Below, one piece after another: positions 46,993 to 56,762 of a stretch of 64,000 bases of DNA; the stretch's first letter is position 1; each line of letters opens with the position of its first letter. Source of the DNA: Methanobacteriota archaeon (GTDB lineage: Archaea > Thermoplasmatota > Thermoplasmata > RBG-16-68-12); the NCBI GenBank assembly GCA_005878525.1, contig VBMB01000135.1, positions 39 to 64,038 of the forward strand. The letters are read 5' to 3'. The notes beneath the pieces are model-generated. The model did no database searches. It saw nothing but the letters and a program-made list of their open reading frames with translations, and was not told the DNA's origin. The position numbers and the translations under genes were made by a program.

Positions 46993-47781
46993 ATGCCCTA
47001 CGCGGGCCAAGTCGACAAGACGATGGGGGCCGACACGGTCGGCCACCTGAAGCATCTCTTGGAGACGGAGCTCAAGCGGGCGCGGGAGGAAAGCCACCTG
47101 GACATCGCGATGTTCCTCGGGGTGGATGGCCGGATTTTCTCCTCCTCAATCCCGAACCAGCTCGATCCCCGCGAGTACCGGCTGTTGAATCTCCTGAAGG
47201 GCAGCCTGGCGCACATCTGCAGCCAACTCAGTGGGCAGAACATGATGATGTCCGTCCAGCAGTTCGAGGCGGGCACGATCATCATCTCGGGCGTCGGAGA
47301 CCGGGCCTTCCTGGTCTTTCTCACCTCGAAACCGGTCGAGATCACGAAAATGCAAACGATCCTCGCGAACGTCATGAAGACCTCGATCGTCGTCCGCCAT
47401 CTGTTCGAATCGAAGCCGATCACCCCGGAGGTCCTCGCTTCATACGACGAAGCCGTTGCCGGAGAACTGAAGCGACTCACGCGAATCCTGTTCGTCGAGA
47501 AATTCGGGGAGACGAAGGAGTTCAAGAAGAACAAGGAGATCGCGCAATACCTTCAGTCCAAGCTTGCCGCCCTCGTGGGTCCCGGCCTGCTCCAGGAGAT
47601 CGTCACGATGGCGTACAACGAGGTCGGGACAACCGCGCCGTACATGACGTCCGCGCACTGGGAACGGTTCCTGACGATGCTGCTCGATCGTCTCCGGGAG
47701 ATCGAAGGGGACGCGGTCGCTGCGAAAGCGGAGAAGGAATGGCGCGCGCACCTGAAGCAGGTGCTCAGCTCGTTCGTGTGA
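46993..47781 (+). CDS. Roadblock/LC7-like domain fused to a C-terminal helical domain
   Basis: Helix-DIAMFLGVDGRIFSS-helix-SVQQFEAGTIIISGVGDRAFLVFL-helix pattern; abuts kaiC-like stop. Confidence 0.7.
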   Translation: MPYAGQVDKTMGADTVGHLKHLLETELKRAREESHLDIAMFLGVDGRIFSSSIPNQLDPREYRLLNLLKGSLAHICSQLSGQNMMMSVQQFEAGTIIISGVGDRAFLVFLTSKPVEITKMQTILANVMKTSIVVRHLFESKPITPEVLASYDEAVAGELKRLTRILFVEKFGETKEFKKNKEIAQYLQSKLAALVGPGLLQEIVTMAYNEVGTTAPYMTSAHWERFLTMLLDRLREIEGDAVAAKAEKEWRAHLKQVLSSFV

Positions 47782-47803
47782 TGTCCATGGACGGAGGTCA
47801 CCT

Positions 47804-48424
47804 TTGATCGACGTCGCGCTCGCCTCTCTCATCGAGGACATGATCGAGAAGGCCGGGGCCGACGGCGTCGTCGAGTTCTGGCAGCGGGTCGGGGACAACC
47901 TCGCGAGCCGCATGGGGAAGGAGGCATACCTCGGGTGGACGTCGTTCAACGTCGCCGTGCGCGAGGCCCGGACGGCCTTCAGCATCGAAGGCGAGGTGAC
48001 GCCGCTCACGGACATGGCCATCACGGATGTCGACGGGGACGTGGTCGGCTACTTGTACGCGATGCGGCAGTGCTGCTACGTCCCGACGATCTTCCGCACC
48101 CGGTTCGCGGTCGGCCGGATGAGCCCGGCGGACCAGGCCGTGACGGACGAGTACAACGAGAACGTCCACAACATCGCGGTCTGCAACTTCTGCGTGTTCC
48201 ACGAGCGGTTCCGGGAGGAGATCGCGAAGAACATCTCGGTGGCCGGCAACTCGCTCGCGTGCTTCCTGCTCGCCACGCGCGGCTGGAGCGGGGAGACGAA
48301 GATCTCCTCGAAGAACGTGGCCCAGGTGAACATCAACGAGGACCACATGCGCGCCCTCCTGCGGAACTACGAATGCGTGTACGCGCTCGTCATGCGCGGG
48401 GCGCGGATCAAGGGAGAGCGCTGA
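47804..48424 (+). CDS. Cys-rich V4R/H-NOX-like putative ligand-binding protein
   Basis: SD GGAGGT and TTG start; G..F..RVG..LA helix pair, RQCCY, VCNFC, ECVY. Confidence 0.6.
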   Translation: MIDVALASLIEDMIEKAGADGVVEFWQRVGDNLASRMGKEAYLGWTSFNVAVREARTAFSIEGEVTPLTDMAITDVDGDVVGYLYAMRQCCYVPTIFRTRFAVGRMSPADQAVTDEYNENVHNIAVCNFCVFHERFREEIAKNISVAGNSLACFLLATRGWSGETKISSKNVAQVNINEDHMRALLRNYECVYALVMRGARIKGER

Positions 48425-48425
48425 G

Positions 48426-49037
48426 ATGGCGTTCGAATCTCGGATCCCGGAGAGCAATCCGTTCGTCGAGATCGCGACGCACCTGTTCCTGGAGGACATC
48501 GCGACGAAGGTCGGCATCGCGGGGCTCAACAACTACCTCGTGTCCCTAGCGAAGAACCTCGCGGCCTCGATGCCGAAGGAGGAGTATGCGAGCTGGTCGG
48601 AGTTCCTCTCCGCCCTGTCGACGGGCCAGTCGATCCTCTCGACCTTCGAGGAAGTCCGTCCGATCACGGAGCACTGCATGTCCACGTTTCGGTCCCCGTT
48701 CGAGCGCGGTTGGCGGGAGTACGCGAAGCGCGTCGGGGCGTTCGCGCCGGTCCACCGGGAGGTGGCGCGATACTACAATCACAAGGTCCGGCCCACGGCC
48801 GTCACGTCGATGCACGTCGTCCTGCATACGTTCCGGGAGGCGGCAGCGGCCCGCGTCCACGTGGGCCACGACGGCGTCCGCTACGAGCCGGTCGCCTCGG
48901 CCTGGGTCGACGGGGAGGTCCAGCTCCCGGAGGGTCCAAACCTCGAGTCGCTGTTGAAGCGCGCCGGCATCTCCCGCACGAAACTCGGGATGTTGATGCG
49001 GAACCACTCGGACGTCTGGCTCATCGAGCCCGCGTGA
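48426..49037 (+). CDS. Paralogue of the preceding protein lacking its Cys cluster
   Basis: Aligns by eye end to end with 47804-48424 (NLA..M.KE.Y..W..F; YN..V...AV; FRE; RN). Confidence 0.65.
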   Translation: MAFESRIPESNPFVEIATHLFLEDIATKVGIAGLNNYLVSLAKNLAASMPKEEYASWSEFLSALSTGQSILSTFEEVRPITEHCMSTFRSPFERGWREYAKRVGAFAPVHREVARYYNHKVRPTAVTSMHVVLHTFREAAAARVHVGHDGVRYEPVASAWVDGEVQLPEGPNLESLLKRAGISRTKLGMLMRNHSDVWLIEPA

Positions 49038-49808
49038 CTAGGCGCGCTTCCTCCGTCGGAGAGCGATGGTCAGGAACATGACGGGCACGAAGACGCCGAT
49101 CCCGATCAGGACCGTCCAGGCCGTACTCAGCGGCGCCGTGCCGCGGTAGAACAGGCTCGTGACGACCGTCTCGCCTTTCGCAGGGTCGATGATGCCGTTC
49201 CCATCCAGGTCGGCTTCCACGCGGATCTGATGGGTCCCCGGTTGGAGTCCGGAAGGCAGGTAGTTGAACGTCTCCGTGACTTGGGCTCCAGGATTGAGTC
49301 GCGCGATCTTCCGGGTGCCGGCCAGCGCGCCGTCGACGTAGAACCGTACGGTTACGTTCACCGCCGCAGTAGTCCCGTCGTTGCGGAACGTGGCGCTCAG
49401 GACGATGGGCGTGATGATGCTGATCGGCTTCTCCGCGGTCGTATTCTCGTACGTCGAGCCGGCTAGGGACGCGATCTGGACCACGAGGCTCACCGTCCCC
49501 TCGGCAGACGGCGCGGTGACGTTCAAGGTGAAGCTGGTCCGGTTGCCGGTCGTCGTGCTCGGATTCGCGGCGTTCGGTAGGCCGCCCGCGATGTTGGCCC
49601 CGGTAAGGTGCCATCGGACCGTGTACGTGACCGCCACGGTCGGCCCGCCGTTGATTGTGAGGTTGTACGCGCTCACCTGACTCGGTGCCAAGGCGTTCGG
49701 TCCCGTGATCGTCCCGAAGATGGGCCCCTGGGCGGCCGCGGGCGCGAGGACGAGGGCGAAGACCGCCGCGAGGATCGCCAGGGCGATCGGTCCAGCGTTT
49801 CGCGTCGT
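49038..49808 (-). CDS. CARDB-domain membrane-anchored surface protein (start anomalous)
   Basis: Signal peptide GPIALAILAAVFALVLAPAAA in frame directly after the aglB stop; ATFRNDG..AVNVTVRFYVDG, GTHQIRVEAD; C-terminal TM plus RRRKR. Confidence 0.75.
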   Translation of the reverse strand, partial: TTRNAGPIALAILAAVFALVLAPAAAQGPIFGTITGPNALAPSQVSAYNLTINGGPTVAVTYTVRWHLTGANIAGGLPNAANPSTTTGNRTSFTLNVTAPSAEGTVSLVVQIASLAGSTYENTTAEKPISIITPIVLSATFRNDGTTAAVNVTVRFYVDGALAGTRKIARLNPGAQVTETFNYLPSGLQPGTHQIRVEADLDGNGIIDPAKGETVVTSLFYRGTAPLSTAWTVLIGIGVFVPVMFLTIALRRRKRA

Positions 49809-52800
49809 TCATCGCCTCCGACGCGCGAGGACGAGCCCGACCCCGACGGCCGCGATCGCGCCGACGACGACGGCGATGAGCGGCAGGTTCAGCGGCGCCG
49901 ACGGCGTGATGTCGGGCCCGCTCACGGTCGCGCCAGGGGAAGCCAGGACCGGGAGTTGAAGGGTGAACGTCTTCGACGCCGAGACAGACATCGAGTCCTG
50001 CACCGTCACCGCGAGGGCGACAGACGCCCCGCTCGGCCCGCCGGTGGACTGGGCCCGTAGGCCCACCTTGACCGTGCTCGTGGCCTCGACGGTGAGGTTC
50101 GCGAGAGTCGCTCCGACCGCAGATCCTCCGCTGCGGACGAGGCTCACGGACCAGCCGAACGCCGCGAGGTCGTCGGGATTCGTGATCGCCAAGGTGACTG
50201 TCTCGCGCGCATTGCCGGAGTTCGTCACGAGGAGTGTGTAGTTCAGGATTCGCCCGTCGAAGACAGGCGCCGCGGTGTCGAGGGCGAGGCTCAGGCCGCG
50301 CACGCGCAGGATGTCCACCTGGACGTCGACGCTCCCGAGGTTCGTGCCGTCCGTCTCCGACGTCGCGACGATTTTGATGGTGCCGTGATCGACGAGCGCG
50401 TTCGCCGGGCTCTGGATCGTGACCTGGACGGAGGCGCTGCTCGCGGCGTTGCCGAAGCTCAGGGAGACCGAGCCCGGCGCGAACGTGAACTGCCAATCCC
50501 CCGGCTGCCCCGCGAAGGCGAAATTCTCGGCGACGTTCCCCGTGTTGCGTGCGACGATCGCATAGGACACGGAGTCGCCGGCCACGATCGTCCGGCGCTG
50601 GGCCGGATCCCACGTCAGCGTAGCGGACCGGCTGACGACCTTGGTGAGCGCGACGTTCGCAATCGTGTCGGCGCTGAGGACGACGGACAGCGTCGCGCGG
50701 TAGACGACCGGAAGGCCGTTCTCCGTCGCCGACGTCGACGCCGAGATCGTGTACACCCCCGCGGGGAGGAGCACTTGGAACGCCCCGCTCGCGTCCGAAG
50801 TCGTGTCGAGTTCCGCCCCGGACTGGATCGTGACGGGGATCGACACCGGTGCACCCGAGGGATTCCGGACGGTGCCGGACAAGAGGAATCCTTGCGCCAG
50901 GGGCAGGTCCCGCGCGAACGACGCCGCGTGGGGCACCGTGATGCGCGCGAGGAAGACGGAGCTTCCGAACGACCGCGTCACGTAGACGTCGTACGTTCCC
51001 GGTGCCAGGGGGACGGTATAGGAACCGCTCGAGTCCGAGGTCGCTTGGGCCGAGATCGCGCCGCCCCCGCGACCGGTGAGCGTGATGATTGCGGAGATCC
51101 CCGTGCCGGCGAGGGTCGCCATGCCCGAGACCGTCGTGTTGTCGAAGGTCCGCGTGACCGCCAGGTCCAGGCTCAACGACGTTTGGCCTGGGGTGACGGT
51201 CGCGGTGCCGGCGAAGGAATATCGATAGAAACGGGACACGCCGCCTTCCGTGGCGTTGTTCGTCCCCGTCAACGTCACAGTGTAGTTCCCCGGGACGAGG
51301 AACGAGGTGTATGCGCCGAAGGCATCCGTCGACACGGATAGCGAACCGCCCTCGTTGCGGACGAACGACACGGGCATGGGTCCGGGGACCGCGACGCCGT
51401 TGACGAGGGCCCTCCCGGAGACCGTCGTCGCCTTCGTGAGCGGGAAGCTGAGGTTCGTCGCGGACGGAATCGCCGCCATCGACATGAACGCATACTCATC
51501 GGCTCCGATCATCTCGCTTCCTGTGACGGCGTACGACCCGGGGATCAGGTAGACCTCGAATCCAGTCGCCGTCGCGTTCACCGCCCGGCGGTCCGGGCCA
51601 TCGAACGTGAGGGCCGCGGCCCGGGCCGTCCTGTTCAGCGTCAAGTTCCCGACGACGAGGTTCCGCACGACGATGTTGATGTCGTACGGCAGCGTGCCTT
51701 CGCCGACCGCCGCGACGATCCGGTCCGTGCCTTGGTTCTGGTACCGCATGGCCCGCGTCGACGAGACGTTCTCGTCCACGACGAGCGCGTACGTCCCCGG
51801 GACGAGGCCGAAACCGTAGCCGCCGTTCGAATCCGTCTGGGTCGCGCTGCCGACCGCGCCGTTCCCGAGGGGAACCGCGGTGACGGTCACCGGGTGGCTG
51901 AGGACCGCCGATCCGTTCACGAGGACGCTCCCTTGGACTTGGACGGGGACCGGGGTGAGGGCGATCGGCATCAGCGTACGGAGTTGAATCGGGGACGAGG
52001 ATCCGATGGGTCGGTCGGCAAACCCGGCCGCCGTCACGAGTCCTGAGTACGTCCGGTTGGCAAACAGCGGGATCCGGAACTCGCCGGTCCCGTTCGTCGT
52101 GAAGACGATGTGTGCGGCGCGGTCGTCCGTCAGGCCGACGCGAGCCCCGGCGATCGCCTCGCCCGGATTGACCCCGCTATTCCGGTTCACGTCGCGGTAG
52201 ACCGTCCATCCGACCGTTTCCGATGTGGCGAGGAGCGCGATGTTGAGGCGAGTCGTCCCCGCGAAGGTGACGCTCGCGAAGTAGGCGCCTGCCTGGTTGA
52301 ACGCCTCGAGGTCGTACGTCCCGACCGGGAGGAATGTGAAGTACCCTCCGGCCGTGTCGGTCTGGAGCCACACCTGGCCGGCCGCGTTCGCGAGGGCCAC
52401 CGTCGCCCGCGGATTCCGGACCGCGGGGTTCGCATCGCTCACGGTGCCGCTCAGCCGGACGCCTTGCACGAACATCGCGTCGAACGATGTCGTGCTCCCA
52501 CGAGCCACGACGACCCGACCCAACGCCGCGTACAAGAGATTCGACGCATAGAAGCGTCCGCTGACGAACCACTCCCCCGCCGGGAGTCGGATTGAGTACC
52601 GCGCGTTCGCATCGGACGTCGTCTGGCGGACCGTCCGCGGCTCCGATGCGGACTGGAAGCTCAGGGTCGCGAACGGCTGCGCCGTGCCGAACAACGTTGT
52701 GGTGCCGGAGACCGTCCCCACGGGCAGAAGCGTGATGTTCAGCGACTGGTCCGCATTCGCGGCGCGGATGCGCGTCGGGATCGACGCGAGGTCTCCATCC

Positions 52801-55800
52801 GTCGCCGTGAGCGTGTAGTTCCCCGCAAGGAGCGGACGCACTAGGAACGAGCCGTCTGCTGCCGAAGTGACCGGGATGATCGTGGAGTTCGTTTCATCGA
52901 GGAATTCCATCTGAGCCAACGGCTCGATCCCGCCAAGACTCGAGACGGTGAATCCGCGGACCGCTGTATACGGCACGGCGATCCCTTGGGTCGCGTCGGT
53001 CTGCGTGATCGTCAGGGTCGCGGCGGTCAACGTGCGTCCGTTCAACCCGATCGACACGCGATACGAGCCTTCGGGCAGACCCGCGACCGTGTAGGTCCCG
53101 TCGGTCGCCGACGTCGCGGAGCGGCTGTAGCCGAACAATGCATGCGTGAGCGTGATGGTGGCGCCGGGCGCGGAGATGTCCGCCGCCCCGAACGAGCCGT
53201 CTCGGTTCAGGTCGAAGAAGACGGTGCCTTGGGCGGTGTGTGACGCCACGTGGAAGTCCCGCGTGATCATCCAGTCGGGAACCCCGTCCCCGTTTGCGTC
53301 GGCGGGGGCACGGTTTGCTTGGTCGATCGTCACCGGGAGGGTCACGGACGCCAGGGACCGCGCGCCGACCAGGGTCGTCCGGGTCAAGTTGCCGATCGAC
53401 GCGGTGATCGTCACGTTCCCGAAGGGGACGATCGCGGTGTAATGGCCTTGCGCGTCGCTCTGCGTGACGTAGTGCGGCGTGCCGAGTTCGTCCGTCACCG
53501 TGACCCAGACGTGGGGGAGCGGCGTCGAGCCAGCATAGACGGTCCCGCTCACGACCGCGCCGTCGTAGTATCGCAGGAACACGACCCCGTTCGCGACCGT
53601 GGACTGCGTGCTCAGGTCGACGACTCCTTTGAGGGTCCCGGCCTGGATGGCGGACTGCATCCGCTGCGCTTGGTCGAAGTTCATCGCCCGCCACGCGGTC
53701 GTGTGGTTCGCCGGATCGGGGAACGGATTGTAGTACGCGGTCCGGTACACGACCCGCCAGTGGGTAAGGTTCCATGCGGGGACCGGCGGGTTGGCCTGAA
53801 GGGCCTGGCTGAAGCCCGGGACGCCGGTGTCGGTCGAATTGAGGTCCTTCGGCGAATAGCCGATGTAGGCCCGGTAGAACATCGAGTTGTAGAACGCGGC
53901 TTGGTACTGGATCGTCTGGCTCTGGATCTGGTCTCCTGGGGCCACGAACTGGATCGGGATGTTCGAGCCGCGGTTCGTCGTCGCGAGGATCTGGAAGAAT
54001 TCGAACGGCAGGACGCGGCCGTCCGGAAGGTTCAGGACGCGGTGGTCCGACAGCTTCGCGGGCGCATAGAAGATCCCCGTGTTCGAGGCGCTGATCGGGA
54101 ACAGCCGCGCGTCGACCGCGAAGTAGCCGATGTCCCAGCCCGTCGCGGCTCGGACGTCGTGGTACAACGAGACGATGCGGTCCTCGCTCATCCGGCGGGT
54201 GAGGAGGCTCGTCAGGAAAATGAACTGGGCGTTGAGCGGTTGGAGATCCGGCGCCCACAATCCGAACGTGACCGGGTCGGCGAGGACGACCGAGATGTAA
54301 TCCGGGGGTCGCGCGAAGACGCTCCGGATCGTCTCGACAGGAAGGCCCGCGTCCAGGAGGACCGCCTTCACCGCGGGCCGGAAGTCCCGATGGTGCGTGA
54401 CGAAGTCCCCTTCCAAGAGTCGAATCGTGAGGAGGGCGATCCCGGCCGTTTCGTTCTGCGCCGTGATGAACTGGCCGGCGATCGCCACGCCGTCCTGGAA
54501 GTTGTCTGCCACGGTCGGGTGGGCTCCGCGGTCGACGGCTTCGAAGCCATAGTCCCACCACGAGAGGTACGCCGGGCGGAGCTCCGGAGGCGTATTCGAA
54601 TCCTGGGTCGCGAACCACTGCCAAGCTGCCGGATAGTAGTCGGTCGGCTTGGGGACGCTGTAGCCAAACGCCCCGAAATAGAACGGCGACCCGCTGCTCG
54701 GACTATAGCCCGGGGACCGCAGGAACGAGGGCAGGAGATTCGCGACCTGCTGATCGTACTGGGTCTTGAGCTCGAAGGGGATCGAGGCGTCGACGGCCCA
54801 CCAGACGTTGGGGAGGACGACCAGGAACACGATTCCGAGGACCACGAGGACGTGACGCGGCTTGAGCGATTTTCGGACCGCATTCCGCCAGCTGCCGGCC
54901 GCGAGCGAACGGTAGGTGCGCCGCATCGTCGTGAAGTCTGCGCGGACGAGGACCTGATCGATCGCGTACCCCGCGCTGATCGCGAACGCGGGCGAGGCGT
55001 TGAAGATGAACCGCGCGGCCGTGATCGCCATGAAGATCGCGGCGAAGGCCCAGACGACGACGAGGCTGTACGCGGGCTCCCGGCGCCGCGGGATCTGCCA
55101 GAGCAGGTACGCGACCGCGAGGAGGCTCATGCCGAACGTGAACAGGCCGAAGGACAGGATCATCTGCGACATGCCGGGGGACTGGTCCTCCGCGATGGTC
55201 GTGACGACCTTCGTCTGGACAAAGTATCCCGCGCCGGTGAAGAACGCGCTCGCCAGCGTCGGGTTGACGAGGACGCCGATCCCGAGGCCGACGGCTCCGG
55301 CGACCAGGGTGCTCGGGATCACGAGCGTCCACGGGTAGTCCCGGGTGACCGTGAAGGCGAGGCCGAGCACGAACGCCGCGAAGAACAGGTAGGCTGGCAC
55401 GTCGAACCACACGCGGATCTGCGCGCGGACGAAGTACCACTGAAAGGCAAGGGCGAGGGGGGTCGCGAGGGCGAGGGTGAACAGGATCCACGTCCCCATC
55501 GTGTCGTCGTTCCGGAAGCGGGCGAGGAACAGCTCGACCGCGAACCAGACGATCAGGATCACGCTGACATAGGCCCAGCCTTGCCAAGCGAGGGCGATGA
55601 CCGCGACGCACAGCCCGGCGAGGAGTGCGTACAGGACGCTGTTCCGGTTCTCCCGGAAAAAGCCGCGCAGGCCCGACGTGATCGAATCCCGTCGAAACCA
55701 ATTCTCGACCCATCGCTTGCGGTTCATCGTCTTCAGCGCGCGGAGGAAGAAATAGAACGTCGAGACGACGAAGAACAGCGTGAAGGCGTCGTGGTCCGCA

Positions 55801-56312
55801 TCCGTCGAGGCGCTCCGCTGGAGATGCCCGACACTGATCGCGAGCAACAGCGCGGCGACGAGCCCGGCCCGCCGGCCGAACGCCTCCTTGGCGAGGGCGT
55901 ACGTCGGGAAGACCGTCAGGGCGCCGAAGAGGCCCGTGCTCAGCAAGAACGTGAACATGACCGCCTTCCAGGCGTCCCCGAACAACGGCGCGAAGAGCCG
56001 ACCGACGAGGAGGGAGAACCACGGGAAGAGCGGCGGTCGCGGATTCGGCAGGGTGAACGGATAGCTCAGCATCGGGTCCGTGCCCAGGTCCTTGCCGGTC
56101 TGGAAGGAATAGCATAAGGCGCGGTGCCAGTAGTACGAGTCCGAGCCGCCGGACACGGGCAGCGTGTAGATCGTGTCGCAGTTCACGTTCGGTTGGTTGA
56201 AGGCGAGGCCGGCGACGAAGTAGACGCGGAGGAACAGGGCGACGCCGAAGATCAACACGAGGACCGCGGCGGTCCGCCAGTGCGTGCGGAGCCAGCCTTT
56301 CCCATCGTCCAA
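49809..56312 (-). CDS. aglB: Oligosaccharyltransferase AglB (STT3) with ~1,200 aa of carboxypeptidase-regulatory-like/Ig repeats and a C-terminal anchor
   Basis: GSDSYY, DADHD, TTIAE, SWWDYG, TVADNF; repeated T...GxY beta-sandwich modules; terminal TM plus RRR. Confidence 0.93.
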   Translation of the reverse strand: MDDGKGWLRTHWRTAAVLVLIFGVALFLRVYFVAGLAFNQPNVNCDTIYTLPVSGGSDSYYWHRALCYSFQTGKDLGTDPMLSYPFTLPNPRPPLFPWFSLLVGRLFAPLFGDAWKAVMFTFLLSTGLFGALTVFPTYALAKEAFGRRAGLVAALLLAISVGHLQRSASTDADHDAFTLFFVVSTFYFFLRALKTMNRKRWVENWFRRDSITSGLRGFFRENRNSVLYALLAGLCVAVIALAWQGWAYVSVILIVWFAVELFLARFRNDDTMGTWILFTLALATPLALAFQWYFVRAQIRVWFDVPAYLFFAAFVLGLAFTVTRDYPWTLVIPSTLVAGAVGLGIGVLVNPTLASAFFTGAGYFVQTKVVTTIAEDQSPGMSQMILSFGLFTFGMSLLAVAYLLWQIPRRREPAYSLVVVWAFAAIFMAITAARFIFNASPAFAISAGYAIDQVLVRADFTTMRRTYRSLAAGSWRNAVRKSLKPRHVLVVLGIVFLVVLPNVWWAVDASIPFELKTQYDQQVANLLPSFLRSPGYSPSSGSPFYFGAFGYSVPKPTDYYPAAWQWFATQDSNTPPELRPAYLSWWDYGFEAVDRGAHPTVADNFQDGVAIAGQFITAQNETAGIALLTIRLLEGDFVTHHRDFRPAVKAVLLDAGLPVETIRSVFARPPDYISVVLADPVTFGLWAPDLQPLNAQFIFLTSLLTRRMSEDRIVSLYHDVRAATGWDIGYFAVDARLFPISASNTGIFYAPAKLSDHRVLNLPDGRVLPFEFFQILATTNRGSNIPIQFVAPGDQIQSQTIQYQAAFYNSMFYRAYIGYSPKDLNSTDTGVPGFSQALQANPPVPAWNLTHWRVVYRTAYYNPFPDPANHTTAWRAMNFDQAQRMQSAIQAGTLKGVVDLSTQSTVANGVVFLRYYDGAVVSGTVYAGSTPLPHVWVTVTDELGTPHYVTQSDAQGHYTAIVPFGNVTITASIGNLTRTTLVGARSLASVTLPVTIDQANRAPADANGDGVPDWMITRDFHVASHTAQGTVFFDLNRDGSFGAADISAPGATITLTHALFGYSRSATSATDGTYTVAGLPEGSYRVSIGLNGRTLTAATLTITQTDATQGIAVPYTAVRGFTVSSLGGIEPLAQMEFLDETNSTIIPVTSAADGSFLVRPLLAGNYTLTATDGDLASIPTRIRAANADQSLNITLLPVGTVSGTTTLFGTAQPFATLSFQSASEPRTVRQTTSDANARYSIRLPAGEWFVSGRFYASNLLYAALGRVVVARGSTTSFDAMFVQGVRLSGTVSDANPAVRNPRATVALANAAGQVWLQTDTAGGYFTFLPVGTYDLEAFNQAGAYFASVTFAGTTRLNIALLATSETVGWTVYRDVNRNSGVNPGEAIAGARVGLTDDRAAHIVFTTNGTGEFRIPLFANRTYSGLVTAAGFADRPIGSSSPIQLRTLMPIALTPVPVQVQGSVLVNGSAVLSHPVTVTAVPLGNGAVGSATQTDSNGGYGFGLVPGTYALVVDENVSSTRAMRYQNQGTDRIVAAVGEGTLPYDINIVVRNLVVGNLTLNRTARAAALTFDGPDRRAVNATATGFEVYLIPGSYAVTGSEMIGADEYAFMSMAAIPSATNLSFPLTKATTVSGRALVNGVAVPGPMPVSFVRNEGGSLSVSTDAFGAYTSFLVPGNYTVTLTGTNNATEGGVSRFYRYSFAGTATVTPGQTSLSLDLAVTRTFDNTTVSGMATLAGTGISAIITLTGRGGGAISAQATSDSSGSYTVPLAPGTYDVYVTRSFGSSVFLARITVPHAASFARDLPLAQGFLLSGTVRNPSGAPVSIPVTIQSGAELDTTSDASGAFQVLLPAGVYTISASTSATENGLPVVYRATLSVVLSADTIANVALTKVVSRSATLTWDPAQRRTIVAGDSVSYAIVARNTGNVAENFAFAGQPGDWQFTFAPGSVSLSFGNAASSASVQVTIQSPANALVDHGTIKIVATSETDGTNLGSVDVQVDILRVRGLSLALDTAAPVFDGRILNYTLLVTNSGNARETVTLAITNPDDLAAFGWSVSLVRSGGSAVGATLANLTVEATSTVKVGLRAQSTGGPSGASVALAVTVQDSMSVSASKTFTLQLPVLASPGATVSGPDITPSAPLNLPLIAVVVGAIAAVGVGLVLARRRR

Positions 56313-56489
56313 GACTCGACAAACCTCCGGGAGGTTGCGCCCATGAGGGAACGCCTATATAGGCATTGTCGGAATTCTCGGAGGGCGCAGTCCTCCCGAT
56401 GGAACGCGCCGACAAGAGGCTTTTGGAACGGCCCTCGGACGTACGGGCGCGCGATGGGCTTAAGTCGGACGCTCACGTTCCCGCGAGGG

Positions 56490-56537
56490 ATGAAGCGAGA
56501 CCTCATGGAGATCCTGTGCTGCCCCGTGTGCAAAGGG
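56490..56537 (+). pseudogene. trm112: 5' fragment of Trm112-like methyltransferase activator
   Basis: MKRDLMEILCCPVCKG is the family N-terminus; the second CxxC and YPI.DGIP motifs are absent downstream. Confidence 0.65.
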
Positions 56538-56762
56538 CCCCGGACTTCAAATGAGGCGCGGGATGCCCGGTGCACATCAGGGGCGCCAGCACCAATCCGG
56601 GTTTTCGTGAGAGGACGTTCGTCGATTGGTCGAGCAACTGGCCGTGTCCGTTTGTAACCCTAACCGTCAAATACGGGAGGCGTTCGTGGGAGCGGACGCT
56701 CATCGCATGACCAAGCCTAGGCCGAGAAAGACGAACGGAGACCAGAGGCCGGGGGTTACGGG

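Noticed and set aside
53250..56117. 955-aa antisense ORF and many other long shadow ORFs (e.g. 13920-15725, 41344-43365, 3793-5118)
   Set aside because: They lie opposite well-supported genes and are the expected artefact of high GC3 codon bias; no motifs
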